A DNA stretch of 64,000 nt from Camelus ferus. Its lineage: Eukaryota. Within the stretch, counting starts at the first letter, position 1; each line of letters starts with the position of its first letter. The stretch is taken from positions 83,020,001 to 83,084,000 of the forward strand of contig NC_045697.1 of assembly GCF_009834535.1 (NCBI RefSeq). The letters run 5' to 3'. The notes under the pieces were generated by a model. It was not told where the DNA came from and did not search any database. It saw only the letters and a list, made by a program, of their open reading frames with translations. This document shows, one piece after another, positions 14,840 to 27,774 of the stretch. The translations under genes and the position numbers were made by a program.

Positions 14840-15245
14840 TGCTTTAGAAAGGAAAAACAAAAACTACTACTCGGCAATAAAAAGCAACAAACTGTTGTTT
14901 CATACTACAACTTGGATGATTGCCAAAATAATTATACCAAGTAAAAGGAGTCATGTAATAGAAAGTATGTACTGTATGGATTCGTTCATATAAAACTAAA
15001 AAAAATGCAAACTAATCTATACTGGATGAAAACACACTAGTGTTTGCCTGGGGAGGGGAACTGGAAAGGGAGAGAAGTATTTAAGGGGAAGAGGGCGCTG
15101 CTGGGATGCTAAGTATGTTCACTGTTTTGATCGTGGTAATGGTTTCATGGGTTTATCCACATACCAAAAATATATCAAACTGTACACTTTAAATATGTGA
15201 AAACTTATTATATGTCAATTATAACCCAGAAAAGCTACTAAAGTA
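14840..15245 (+). mobile_element. Old L1 (L1ME/L1MB-type) 3'UTR fragment
   Basis: tactactcggcaataaaaag..tactgtatg..ttcatataaaac..tgtacactttaaatatgtg..tatgtcaattata. Confidence 0.7.
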
Positions 15246-15522
15246 ATAAATTGAAAAGAACCATAATTAATTAATCAACATACGTTTACTGAAATCTAAG
15301 CTTACGTTTCTATGAAGACTGGACAATTAAAAGAAGAAAAAAGATAAAGCTTGTAATAAATCTCAGATTTTACCTTTATGTGTCAAGTAATTTTCTAGCA
15401 CTCTAAAAGCTTTATTTCATTTAGTGATTATGATAAAACAGGAACTTAACTGACAATAAAAGTATGAATTGAGGTTCAAGGTCAAGTGTCTAAAAAAGAA
15501 TGATTCATCCATGCCATTTGGG

Positions 15523-15650
15523 GTTTTTTTTTGGGGGGAGCACTAATTAGATTTATTTACTAATTTATTTTAATGGAGGTACTGGGGATTGAACCCAGGA
15601 ACTTATGCATGCTAAGCACACACTCTACTGCTGAGCTATACACTCCCTGC
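15523..15650 (-). mobile_element. tRNA(Ala)-derived SINE, camelid vic-1 type
   Basis: Minus strand reads gggagtgtatagctcagcagtagagtgtgtgcttagcatgcataagttcctgggttcaatccccagtacctcc followed by an AT-rich tail, cccccc and polyA. Degenerate A box; intact B box GTTCAATCC. Confidence 0.85.
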
Positions 15651-15849
15651 CTAAAAATGTTTTAAAATAAATTCTTGTACTTATTTATAAGTTTGAATCT
15701 TCAAATTAGTATTTGATAATCTAAAAATATAATTTCTATTTAATATGCAAATATCTCATATAGATTGATAATAACAAATAATCATAATATCAAAATAAAT
15801 TAGATATTTTTTCCTTTATAGAAATATATAACTTATAGAAATATATAGA

Positions 15850-17508
15850 ATAATATTAGCAAAGACAATGTCTGGTTCTTTGAAAAGACAGACATAATGA
15901 ATAAACCCCTAACTAGTCTGATCAAGGCAAAAAAGAAAGAGGTAACACAAATTGACAGTATCAGAATGAAAGGTGAGAGAAGTTATCACTATATTTCTAT
16001 TAGGTGTTAAAAGGATATTAAGAGAATAATAAAAACTAACAATTCAGGTGATATGGATAATTTTGAAAAAAATAACAAAATGGACATAATTTGAAACATA
16101 GTCTGAATACCCCCTACCTACAGCTATTAAATTAATTCATGATCAACTTTACTACAAAGAAAATTCTAATTTAGATTGCTTCATTGGGAAATTTTATGAA
16201 ACACGTTAGTAGACAAAGACTATCTAACTTACACAAATTTCATCAACAAATAGAAGTGTGACTACTTCTGAATATCAGGGCCATATTATCATAATTCCAA
16301 AACTTATTAAAAATAAAATTATTGCTAACAGTTGTCAAGAATTTAGAAAAATTCCTAAGCAAGTATAGCACAATGAATCCACTAATGTGTAAAATAATAA
16401 AATAATATATTAATACTGTGACTTACCCCCAAATTTCATGAATATATAGGCATTTGAAATAGCATTTGTTGTAATTAACCATATTATCAAAATAAAGGGA
16501 GGAAAAACCATGTGATCATTCCAGTATACATATGATCTTCCTTTCTTTTATACAGAAAGGCATTTGATAAAATTTCAAAAGGAAGTTTTCAATTGAAAAA
16601 GAAGAAAAGAAAGGAAAACCACTTGGCAGTTTAAAAACAGAAGGAAACTTTCTTCTTCCTCAGACTAAAATAGGGTCTCAGCTAAAAATTGATGGCTGAC
16701 CTAATAATAAATGGTAAGTTATTGAGTAATTTAGTCTATTATGAGGAAGAAGGAAAGGAAATACACCCTAACCATTTCTATTCAACATTACACAAGAGAT
16801 GCCAATCACTGCAATAGGCAAGAAAAAGAAATAATGGGCATAATGATCAGAAAGTAAAACTTCGTTGATTTGCATATGACAATTGTCTACATAGAAAATT
16901 ATTAGGAGTTCACAAAACAATTACTACAACTATCAATTAATATAGATCATAGTATAAAATGTAAACAGAAAAAGTATGTGTTAAATTACATGTATATGTA
17001 TTACTTATACAGTAACATGTAATAAATATACATGTTACCAAAGTGTTAGAAATTGACACTAAAAACAAATATATAATAGCATCAAAATAATAAAATTCTC
17101 AGAAATAAGTTTATAAATATAAGCTCTGAACACTGAAAACTATTGAGACAAAGTAAATAAAACCCAGGAGAAATGTGTTATCATGTTCATAGACAAAAAG
17201 ACAGTATTATTATCCTACCAATTTTCAACTAAATTTATCTAGATTCAATACAGCTTCAATCAAAATTTCAGCAGAAGTTTTTGTAGAAATCAACTATTTA
17301 TATGGAAATTCAAAGGATGTTGAATATCCAAAGCAATTTTGATAAAGAAGGGTAGTAGATTGGAGGACTTTTACTACCTTAATTCAAGAGCCGTTATATA
17401 TCTACGGTAATCAACTCAATGTTATATTGTCATAAGAATAAAATAATAGAATAGTGAGTCTCAAAAGAAAGCAGTTTTACAGACATCTGATTTTTGATAA
17501 AAGTGCCA
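15850..17508 (+). mobile_element. Highly diverged L1M ORF2 fragment
   Basis: Recognisable ORF2 anchors (tggttctttgaaaaga, gcatttgataaaatt, ctattcaacatt, gcatatgacaattgtctacatagaaaat). Confidence 0.7.
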
Positions 17509-20500
17509 GGGGAGATGGGGGCGGGAAACTAGCTGAGCAACTCTTACACATTGGGCGAACAAGTAAAAACTACATGAAAGCAGGTGGAAGAAGCTGAGAC
17601 ACACTCTTGCCTGAACTCCACACCTGACATGTTGATCCACAAACAGGAGAGTCCTTAAAACCCTAAGCTTCTGCCTGAGCTCTCCTTGAGTTGGAGTGCA
17701 AACACCCCAATTTTTTGACCAACACCTGAAAGATGAGCATCCAAAACACCTATCATTGAAAGGCAACAAGGCTCGTATGTACATAAGATCCATAAAGCTA
17801 AGAAAACCGAGAAATGCTTCTTGAAGGATTCACGCGCATGAACTCACTTACTCCAGGTTCCATCTAAGAGACAGAACCACACTTTCTGTGAAAGAGGCTT
17901 ATTTGCTTATCTTAAAATATTAGCCAATCAGGAAGACGTCTAATTGAACATACATCTAGAGACTTACTGAATTTGTAAAAGACTGTAATAACAGACAAAG
18001 AAGGTCATTACATAATAATAAAGTGATAAATCCAATAAGAGGATATAATATTTGTAAATTTTTATATACTCAACCCAAGAGCATCTTAATATATAAGTTA
18101 ATATTAACAGACTGAAAGGGAGAAATAGATACTAATATAGTAATAGTAGGGAACCTTATTACCAGACTGTCACCAACAGGTAGATGATCCAGACAGAAAA
18201 TCAACAAGAAAAACATGGCTTTAAATGACACATTAGTCCAGATGGACTTAACATAGACAGAACATTCTACCCCAAAGCAACAGAATACACATTCTTTTCA
18301 AGTACACATGTAATATTGACCATAACAGACCATATGTTAGGCCACAAAACAAGTCTTAATAAATTTAAGAAGACTGAAATCATATTAAACATCTTTTCAA
18401 TCACAACTCTATGAAACTAGGTATCAATTAAAAGAATAACTGGAATAAAAGAAAACTGGAAAACTTAAAAATATGTAGAGATTGCACAACATGCAACTGA
18501 ACATAATAGGTCAAGGAAGAAATCAAGAGAAATAAAAAAATATCTTGACATAAGTAAAAGGAAATACAAAATACCAAAATTCATAGGATACAGCAAAAGT
18601 GACACTAGGAGAGAATTTCATAGCTATAAACATACTCTTCAAGAAACAAGAAAAATACATTTTAAAATATCCTAACTTTACATATTAAGGAACTAGAAAA
18701 AGATGAAAAAGCCCAAAGCTAGAAGAAGAAAATAGCAAAGATCAGAGCAGAAATAAATGAAACAGAGCCTATGAAAACTAGAAAAGAGCAATGAAACTAA
18801 GAGCTGGTTCCTTAGAAATATAAACAAAACTATCAAATGACCAACTATATTCACCAATGAATAAAGGAAACAGACCCAAATAACTAAAATCATAAATGAA
18901 AGAGAAGGCTTTACAATTGATATCACATAAATACAAAGAATCAGAAGAGTACTATGAATAGTTGTATGTCAACATATTGGACAACCTAGAATAAACAAAT
19001 AAATTCCTGGAACATACTATCTAGTAAGACTGAAACATGAATAAATAGAAAATCTGAACAGACTGATGACTAGGAAAGAGACTGAATCAGTATTAAAAAG
19101 AAAAGAAAAGAAAGAAAAGCTCAGGACCAGATTACTTCACCAGTAAATTCTACCAAACATTTAAAGAATTAACACCAATGTTTCTAAAAGTCTTTCAAAA
19201 TTTAGAAGATGAAAGGCTTCCAAATTTATTTTATGAGGTCAGACTTACCCTTATACCAAAACCAGACAAGGAAACCACTAGAAATGTAAAATACAGGCCA
19301 ATTTCCCTGTTGAACACAGATGTAAAAATCATCAACAAAATATTAGCAAACCAAATCCAACATTACATAAAAAGGATCATAAACCATGATCAAGTGAGAT
19401 TTATTCCAGGGATACAGGCATGGCTCAACATCACAGATCAATCACAGCCATACACCACATTAATAAAATGAAGGATAAAAATCATATTTCTCAGTGCAAC
19501 AGAAAAAGCATTTGACAAAATACAACCTCCATTTATGATAAAAACTCTTAACAAAGTGGGTAGAGAGAAAATATACATCAACATAATAGGGGGCATACAA
19601 GACAAGCCCACAACTAATGTCATACTCAATGATGAAAATTTGAAAGCTTCTCCTCTAAGATCGGGAACAAGACAAGGATGCCCACTCTTACCACTTTTAT
19701 TCAGTGTAGCACTGGAAATCTTAGCCAGAACAACTAGGCAGGAAAAAATAAGTTAAAAGAACCCAAATGGGAAAGGAACAAGTAAAACTGTCACTATTTG
19801 CAGCTGACATGATAGTATATATATTGAAAACCCTAAAGACTCCATCAAAAAAACTATTAGAACCTAATAAATGAATTCAACAGTCACAGGATTAAAATAA
19901 ATATACAAAAATCTTACATGTTTTTACACTTATAACAAAGTAGCAGAAAAATTGAAACAATCCCATTTATAACTGCATAAAGAAGAATAAAATGCCTAGG
20001 GTTAACTTTAACCTAGGAAGTGAAAAAAACTGCCTGCTGAAAACTGTGAGATATTGATGAAGAAATTGAAGAAAACATGCATAATTGGACAGGTATTCCC
20101 TACTCATGGATTGGAAAAGTTAATATTGTTAAAATTCCTTACTACTCAAAACAATCTACAGATTCAATGTAATCCATGTCAAATTTTCAATGGCTTTTTC
20201 TCACAGAGATAGAATGAACAATTCTAAAATTTGTATGGAATCACAGGAGACCTTGAAGAACAAAGTTGGAGGTACCACACTCTGGTTTTGAAGTATATTA
20301 CAAAATTAGAGTAATCAAAACAGTATCGTATTGGCATAAAAATAGACACATGGGTAAGTGAAATGGAATAGAGAGCTTGGAAATAAACCTACATGTGTGT
20401 GATTAATTAATTTATAACAAAAGAGCCAAGAATATACAATGGGGAAAAAACAGTTTCTTCAATAGAAAACTGGACAGCAACATGCAAAAGAATGAAAATA

Positions 20501-21924
20501 AACCACTCTTACACTACACAAAAAATAACTTAAAATGCATGAATTAAATACTTGAGCATAAGACTTGAAATCATAATACATCAAACAGAAAATGTGTTAA
20601 GCTCTTTGACAAAAGTTTTGACGATGATTTTTTTGGATTTGACACCAAAAGCACAGGGACCCAAAGCAAAAATAAATAAGTGGGACTACATCTCACTAAA
20701 AATTTTCTGCACAACAAGGGAACCATCCACACAATGAACAGTCAACCTATCAATTGGAGGAAAATATTTTCAAATCATATATCTGATAAGAGGTTAATAT
20801 CCAAAATATATAAAGAACTCACAAAACTCGATAGCAAAAAATAAAATAATGCAATTGTTAAAAAGGCAGATGATCTGAATAGACATGTTTCTAAAGAAGA
20901 TATACAGACAGCCAACAAATGCATGAAAAGGTGCTCAAAATCACTAATCATCAGACAATGCAAATAAAAACCACAATGAGATATTATCTCACATCTGTTC
21001 AAAAGGCTATTATCAAAAAAGTGTTGACAAGAGATAACAAGGGTTCGTGAAGATACGGATAAAAGGGAACTCTTGTACACTGTTGGTGGGAATGTGAATT
21101 GGTGCAATCACTAATACAGTACAGAGGTTTCTTAAAAAATATATAAAACTACCATATGATCCAACAATTTCACTTCTAGGTATTTATCTTGAGGAAACAA
21201 AAACACTAATTCAAAAAGATGTATGCACCCCCATGTTTACTGCAGCATTATTTACAATAGCCAAGACACAGAAGAAACCTAAGTGTCCATTAATGGATAC
21301 ATTGATAAAGAAGATATGGTATATATACATGCACACACAATGTACATGCACATATGTATACACACACAGAGAAATATTTTTCAGCTGTAAAAAAAGAAGG
21401 AAATCTTACCATATGTGAAAACATGGATGGACCTTCAGGGAATGTGCTAAGTGAAATAAATCAGAAAGGGAAGGAAAAATACCGTATCTCACCTTTATAT
21501 GGATTCTTAAAAAAAAAACAAAAACTGAACTTACAGATACAGAGAACAGATTGATGACTGCCACAGGCAGGGTATGGGGGAGTGTAGATGAAATGGGTGA
21601 AGGTGGTCAAAAGATACAAACTTATTTATTTTATAAACTTAGTTATAAAATAAGTAAGTTATGGGGCTGTAGTGTACAGTGTGGTGACTATAGTTGATAA
21701 TATTATAGTGTATATTTGAAAGCTGCTGAAGATTAGATCTTAAGTTCCATGACAAGAAAAAAAAATTAACTGTATGTGGTGATGGACATTAACAAGAACT
21801 ATAGCAGTGATTATTTTGCAAAATATATAAATATTAAATCATTGTTTTATATGTGAAACTAACATAATGTTATATATCAACTATGTCTCAACTCAAAAAT
21901 ATGTAGAAAAGAACAACAAAAAAA
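17509..21924 (+). mobile_element. LINE-1 (L1MA9-like): 5'UTR fused to endonuclease region, decayed ORF2, 3'UTR and A-rich tail; ORF1 absent
   Basis: GC-richer 5'UTR at 17509-17970. ORFs 19178-19471 ([27 protein letters not shown]) and 19535-19756 (SGTRQGCPL) are L1 RT. The catalytic FADD motif reads FAAD at ~19797-19808. L1MA9-like 3'UTR at 21550-21895. Confidence 0.9.
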
Positions 21925-21993
21925 GTACAATTATGAAGTTTCTATTAAGCAGAAGAAATTAGCAAATTGTTAACTAATGTCAGGTGAATAATA

Positions 21994-22260
21994 GTGTTCC
22001 AGTTATATATTTCTGCTTATAAGTGATCGTAAAATTTGAGGGGTAAAACATCCACTTTACTTTGGCACCATTTCTGGAAAAAGGAATTTTTTAAGGGCAC
22101 ATTTGGAAGTTTGTCTCTGATTCACATGTGTCAAATGGGACAGAGGGGATTGAAGGATCACATCTAGTCCTGAGAGAACCTAGGTAAAGGATATAAAAAT
22201 AAGAATAAAAAGCAGTAAGAACAAGTGTTTCAAGAACTCGATGTTTCTCATATATGGCAT
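21994..22260 (-). mobile_element. MaLR LTR fragment (MLT1H-like)
   Basis: Starts tgttccagttatatatttctgcttataa, the reverse complement of an MLT1 3' end. Confidence 0.5.
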
Positions 22261-23869
22261 TGATATATTCACTGTCTACATTATTATAAAAAATTATAAT
22301 TGTTTATTATCCATTATGTTAAAGCTTTAGTGCATTCTGTAAGAAAACACATGTATCAAGGTAGTAATTCAAGCTACAATGAAATTATATTTATTTCACT
22401 TTCTTTCTGTAAACAGTACTTCTAACGTATATGGAAAAGATACATGGGTGAGTGTCACTTTAGATATTGTCTTCAGATAACATGTGGACAAAGCACATTA
22501 ATAAAAATTTCAGGCAAAGTCTAGGGGAAAAAATCTATTTAAAGTGCCTAAATGAAGGGAATGGAAACAAAGAGGACAGAAAGGCACTGAGAGGCACTGA
22601 CCTCACCTGGATAATTGTTCAAAGTCTCTATAGCCCAGAATCTACGGAAAAAAGGAAGTGTAATAAAACTGGTTAGATTAATAAACTGTTAGCAAAACTT
22701 TTAAGTTTTTTTCAATGTAAGTGTAAATGGACTAGACTTTCTGAGCTGGTAAAATAAATTGTTTGACTAAACACATGCAGCAATCAGAAAAACAGGACAA
22801 ATAAATGCAAATCTTTGTGGAACTCTATCTTTAACAAGTTTTAAGGTTTGGCAGTAGGATTAGCTAATCGGATGTTAAAAAAATCCTAGTTAGTTTATGG
22901 TCTTGTGTCTGTATTTTTCAGATTTAGTACTTTGAGGTCTTCTAAAACATATGCAAATATTTATGAATCTATTTAAAGACCCCTTATTTATTTTACCTTA
23001 ATTAAGAATATTTTGTATTTTTGTAGGTACAAAAAGAAAACAGATTTCTCAACAGAAATGGTCTAGAAGTGGATTTTCTAGTGAACAGTATGAGTAAGTC
23101 CTTCCTTAGAGCCAAAACAACGCTGTGTTACTTTCATATTTTTTGCTGAACATGTAACTGACACTTGTGACAAGCTAGCTTTTGTTACAGCTAGAAACAT
23201 GCATCTTCAGTGTTATTGTTCTATATTTATATGATTAATGGTCAAACTGCAAGAATTTAACAGTCACTTTGTCACAAAAAGCATTCATCTGAAAGCACTT
23301 TTACTTTTTTAAACAAAATGACAAGCCTCTCTTGTCAACAGACTGACAGCAACAAAAATGGAAAGTTTAACCAGATCTGATCTAAAATGTGTGCATTATT
23401 TGGCAATACCCGAGTTTGCTGAACTGAGCTTTGTAATATGGCCCCAAATGAAGTTCTTCTTCACCTTTCTGACTGTAAGGCCATACAGTTGTCTCACTGT
23501 TCCAACAAAATTATGTATATATTGGCTTTCAACCACTAATATGTGAATAATGGATGAATTGTATGAATTCATATTCTGTATATAAAATGCATATTTTTAC
23601 TATTTTCTGTAGCATAGGGAATAACTTGGGAATATTTAGTATTATGATATATATGTAAATGATGGCTAACTTAAGGAGTTTGCCTGAACTGATATACTGT
23701 TCCTATTTTAGTATAATCTAATGAAAAACCAATTTAGTACAACCAGAATATACCTCAGGCTTATTCTTTGCAGACAGTAAATAGTCCCATTTATATTTCA
23801 AACTTCGAGCCTAGTGATTCATATGTTCATCAAGTTAGATTTATCATTTACTAATTAATTAATCTGAAA

Positions 23870-24560
23870 GTGACAAGGTCTACCATATTTTATTGGAATC
23901 TCAAAAGAAGGAAAGAGAATGAAGTATAGCAATATTTGAGGAGATGATAATTTTTCTGAAATAATGAATGATATCAAGTCAAAATTAAAGAAACTCTATG
24001 AAACACAAGCAGGTAAATACAAATAACATCATGTTGAAACATAACACATGAAAAAGCTTAAATCCAGAGAAAACATAGGTATCTTTGAGGCACTGAGAGA
24101 TAATGATAGATTTATTTTAAAGGGAAACATAGAGGAACAGCTGTGTTTAGAGCAAGATCTAGGCAAATAAGCAATGAGGAAAAACTAAAAAACAGTGAGT
24201 TAAGTAGCTATCTTTAGAAAACTGACAGATAAGAGTAAATTAAACCCACAGAACTAGAACAAAGTATAACAAGAGAAAACATTAATAATACATGAGAAAA
24301 TAAAACAATAGGGAGATCAAAAAAGGAAAAAGTTGGTTCTCAGAAAAACATAATGAATTTGATGAATGCCTGTTTAAAAAAGAGGAGTTATATATAATCA
24401 TTATCATGAATAAAAGAGGTGTACGAGAACAAATAGTACAAGACATAAAAGGTGGTGCAAGAAGAATAGTATAATCAATATTTTCTCAAAAAAATTTAAA
24501 AATGTATAAAAAGTTTCAGAAAGTAAAAAATGAAACCTTCAATTGACCTGTGAATAAAAA
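23870..24560 (+). mobile_element. Ancient L1M ORF1/ORF2 scraps
   Basis: A-rich sequence with L1 anchors (gcaatatttgaggagatgataa..; aaaagttggttctcagaaaa). Confidence 0.5.
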
Positions 24561-24571
24561 TTGTAAACTTC

Positions 24572-25002
24572 CTGTGCAGCAACATGGATGGACCTAGAGA
24601 TTGTCATTTTAAGTGAAGTAACCAGAAAGAGAAAAATACCATATGATATCACTCATATGTGGAATCTGGGAGAAAAAAAAAAAAAAGGACACTAATGAAC
24701 TCACCTACAAAATAGAAACAGACTCGCAGACAGTAAACAATCTTATGGTTACGGGGGAAAGTGGGTGGGAAGGGATAAATTTGGGAGTTTGAGATTCATA
24801 AATGTTAAACTCTCTATATAAAAATAGATTTTTTAAAAGTTTCTGCTGTATAGCACAGGAAACTATGTTCAATATCTTGTACTAACATTTAATGAAAAAG
24901 AATATGAAAATGAATATATGTATGTATATGCATGACTGGGACACTGTGCTGTACATCAGAAACTGACACATTGTAACTGACTGTACTTCAACTAAAACAA
25001 AA
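24572..25002 (+). mobile_element. 5'-truncated young camelid-type L1 3' end
   Basis: gcagcaacatggatggacctagaga..ttgtaactgactgtacttcaa plus A tail. Candidate TSD AAACTTC at 24565-24571 and 25003-25009. Paralogous to the 37467, 38985 and 58220 copies. Confidence 0.88.
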
Positions 25003-25299
25003 AAACTTCACCATTTCTTGGTTGTGAGAAGTTGTGATTAATTGCAATTAGCAGCACCTTCAGGATATGTAATTAAAAACACAAGACAATCCCATTGCCA
25101 CATATAGGTAATTCAGAGGTAAATTCACAGGCCTCTATGCCTCTCCTGCAGCCTACCACAGACACTCCAGCTTTCAGTTTTACACTTTGGCTTTAGCTTT
25201 TCTCCATAGCGAATGACATGACTGGCAGAAACCACCCCTGTTGACCAGGCCAATCTGTAGAATAGCCACAGATGACCACACTAGTTAAAATTTCAAATA

Positions 25300-25700
25300 G
25301 AAACGATTCCGTATGAGCTCTTCAGCCCACTTGCGCTCAGATCTTCCCTTGGTTCTATGAACTATATTTTCCAGGTTACTTTGTCATCTGGCTTCTGGTT
25401 GAATTCAGCCAATGTAAGTCACTGTCAGAAAACTGGAGGATGGAAGACAGAATGAAGCCAGCTTATTTCTGACAGTTAGGATCTCTTGGGAGGGACAGAT
25501 GTTATCTGAAATGTGAATGTAACTGGGAGTCCTGTATTTACTCTGGCAGCCCTAACCCAGGATTCTACCAGGAGGCCTTGCTTCCTTTTGTGTGGTTCCA
25601 AGTAGCAATATTTCTTCCCTTTGACTCTTTAGCTTAGTGGTGGCAGCAGCTTCCAGTGTTGCTGTCTTTGGGTTGTCTCTCCATCCTCCTTATTCTTCCT
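25300..25700. mobile_element. Ancient ERVL LTR (LTR33-like)
   Basis: ctggcttctggttgaattcagccaatg..cactgtcagaaaactggagg and tagtggtggcagcagcttccagtgttgct match recalled LTR33 motifs. Confidence 0.6.
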
Positions 25701-25719
25701 GTATTCCAGCAGATGGAAT

Positions 25720-26114
25720 TTGATATAGGGAGGAATAATTATATAAGACCCAGAAAAACAGGGGGGAACCAAATGATAGTACTTGACTACATCAAAATTA
25801 AGAGTTTCTGTTTTGTAAAGGACTCATATCACATAACTAAAGGAAAGTTAGCATGCTACTAGGAAATATTTGCAGTATCTATAATTAACACATCTTAGTA
25901 TCTTGAATATGAAAAGAACTGCAAAGCATACCAAAAAATCAGAAAATCCAATTATAAAATAGGCAGTTAAACAGCCAATTACAAAAATGAGAAAACAGTG
26001 TCAAATAAGAAAATGAATAAATGCTCAGATAAAAAGTAATGAGTCACACAAATTACAATAGTAAGATTCTACTTTCTATCTATTAGACTGACAAAAAATA
26101 AAAATTCCCATAAT
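25720..26114 (+). mobile_element. Ancient L1ME-type ORF2 3' fragment (left host of RPSA retrocopy)
   Basis: ttgactacatcaaaattaagagtttctg..aaatatttgca..attagactgacaaaaaat. Colinear L1-like sequence resumes at ~27775. Confidence 0.65.
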
Positions 26115-27762
26115 CCTTTCTCCACTTTTCAGAAAGTGGTCCATATAGCGTTTGTTACCAATTCCTGTCCTGATCTCAGGAAAATGTTCAATATCTAGAG
26201 CCCTTGAAATCCTGCAGGAAAAGGAGTAGAATAAACACAAATTCCTCCCTGTGTGATATATGTCACTAAAACTGAATTTCAGAGGGAATAGTGTATCTTC
26301 AGAAAGAAAAGTGATGGCACCTGCATCATTAACATACAGCAGACCGGAAATGCTTCTGCCTGGGGGCTCGTGCCATTGTGGCCTCTGAAAATCCAGCTGA
26401 TGTCAGAGTCATATCCTGGAGCAGCACCAGCCAGCATGCTGCACTACAGTTGATAGCTGCTCCCTGAGCCCCATCTATTGCTGTATGCTTCATTCCTAGT
26501 CTTTACTAAGCAGATTCAGACAGCTTTCTGAGAGTCCTACCCTTTCTTCGGTATTGATTCCAAGGCTAAGCTCTCATCAAGGCATCTGACTGTAGCCTGA
26601 TCATCATGGGTCTGTTTAACACAGATTCTCTTCTGCATTATGTGGACACTGCCACACATGCCACAACAAGGGGACATACTCAATGGGTCTCATGTGGTGG
26701 GTGCTGGCTCAGAAAATCCTGGTCTGTGCAGCAGCATTCCCCTTGGACACGTGGGAAATAATGCCTGACCTCTGCTCCTACAGCTCTGAGACAGGAAGGG
26801 GGCCAGGGCACAGCCATTCAAGGAATGCTATGGCGATTAACATCAAAGTGGTGCAAGATTCAACCCCCAGTAGGCCTTGAGGCTTAAGATGGGAGATTTG
26901 ACTTCTAGCAGATCTTGAGCTTCATTATATACTCATTGTAATATATTAACATGGTGAATAACAAGCCCACAGGCACCATGGCAGTCCCAAGGCTAGCCAC
27001 AAAAGGTCAAAGAGTGGGAAATGGCCAGCTTCCTGGGAATCCCAGCCCCTTCCCAACTAGTTAGACTGGTCCTTCCACTTATTAGCATATGAAGCCACTG
27101 AGCCCATAAAACTGGCAACACTGTGCGGTGCCTCGGGGCCCCTGCCTCTCTCTCTCTCTCCCACCCCCGTTTGGAGACGGCCCACGGTCTGTCTATGGAA
27201 TGTGTACCTACTTTTACTCTGAGCTCCCAACCCCCACACCTGGTGGCCTTTCTCTTGCCTTTCAATGTATCTCTCTGAATAAATCTACCTCTACTCAACC
27301 ATGGCTCGCTCTTGAATTCTTTCCTGCGCGAAGCCACAGACCCACACTTGGCAGGGCATGTCCCAGGGGCTCAACCAAAGCCTGGGACACGGCCTTCCTC
27401 ATGCCCCACATCCATTTTTCCTGCATCAGCTATAATAAGAAACTTAAAAAAGAAAACGTAGGTTGTTGCTGAAAAAGCTGTAGCCAAGCAAAAATGTCAG
27501 GGTGGATGGACTTCCTCAACTGCTGAATTGATTGCTAGTCTACCTGAGATTGAAGGCTGGCCTGAAGTCTCCCAGGTTTCCTCTTGGCCTAATCAGCTCT
27601 TCCTTTTACCTACTGGAGACCAGAGTTCTCAGCCTGTGACTGAAGTCAGGTAAGCAGCAACATCTGCTCAGGCTGAATAATCTTAATCTCCTCTTCTTCC
27701 ATAGGTTAAATAAATATGGGTGTGGTGGGGATGGAGGGGAGTTGACAGAAAATAAGCATCAC
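26115..27762 (+). pseudogene. RPSA: Processed pseudogene of 40S ribosomal protein SA (uS2 / 37-kDa laminin receptor), full length, split by a solo LTR
   Basis: Intronless, ~1.0 kb once the LTR is removed. 5'TOP-like cctttc start; ATG mutated to ATA at 26191. Translates ISRALEILQEKE*..KFL (RPSA: MSGALDVLQMKEEDVLKFL), RKKSDGTCIIN (KRKSDGIYIIN), ARAIVASENPADVRVIS (ARAIVAIENPADVSVIS), GLMWWVLA..WEIMPDL, and after the LTR AEKAVAKQKCQGGWT (AEKAVTKEEFQGEWT). Multiple stops and frameshifts. Confidence 0.95.
26787..27428 (+). mobile_element. ERV1-class solo LTR, MER41-like
   Basis: TG..CA ends with inverted termini TGAGACAGGAA/TTCCTGCATCA. 4-bp TSD GCTC (26783-26786) / GCTA (27429-27432). TATA-like CATAAAA at ~27104, AATAAA at 27278-27283. 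Motifs ttagcatat, ctgtctatgga and ctcgctcttgaattctttcctgcgcga resemble MER41. Confidence 0.88.
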
Positions 27763-27774
27763 ATGGTATTTATT

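Noticed and set aside
13314..15318. Further short AG..GT exon-like segments (e.g. + 13314-13365; - near 14710 and 15306-15318)
   Set aside because: Such signals are frequent by chance in AT-rich DNA, and there is no recognisable peptide or consistent exon chain.
15575..15650. tRNA-Ala gene
   Set aside because: The A box and stems are degenerate and it carries a SINE tail with polyA, so it is a SINE head.
17509..21924. Possible active or domesticated reverse transcriptase
   Set aside because: ORF2 is fragmented by stops and frameshifts, FADD is mutated to FAAD, and ORF1 is absent. No L1 in the window is intact.
26683..27472. ORFs 26683-26880, 26993-27337 and 27128-27472 as novel genes
   Set aside because: They are explained by the RPSA pseudogene/LTR junction and GC-richer LTR sequence.
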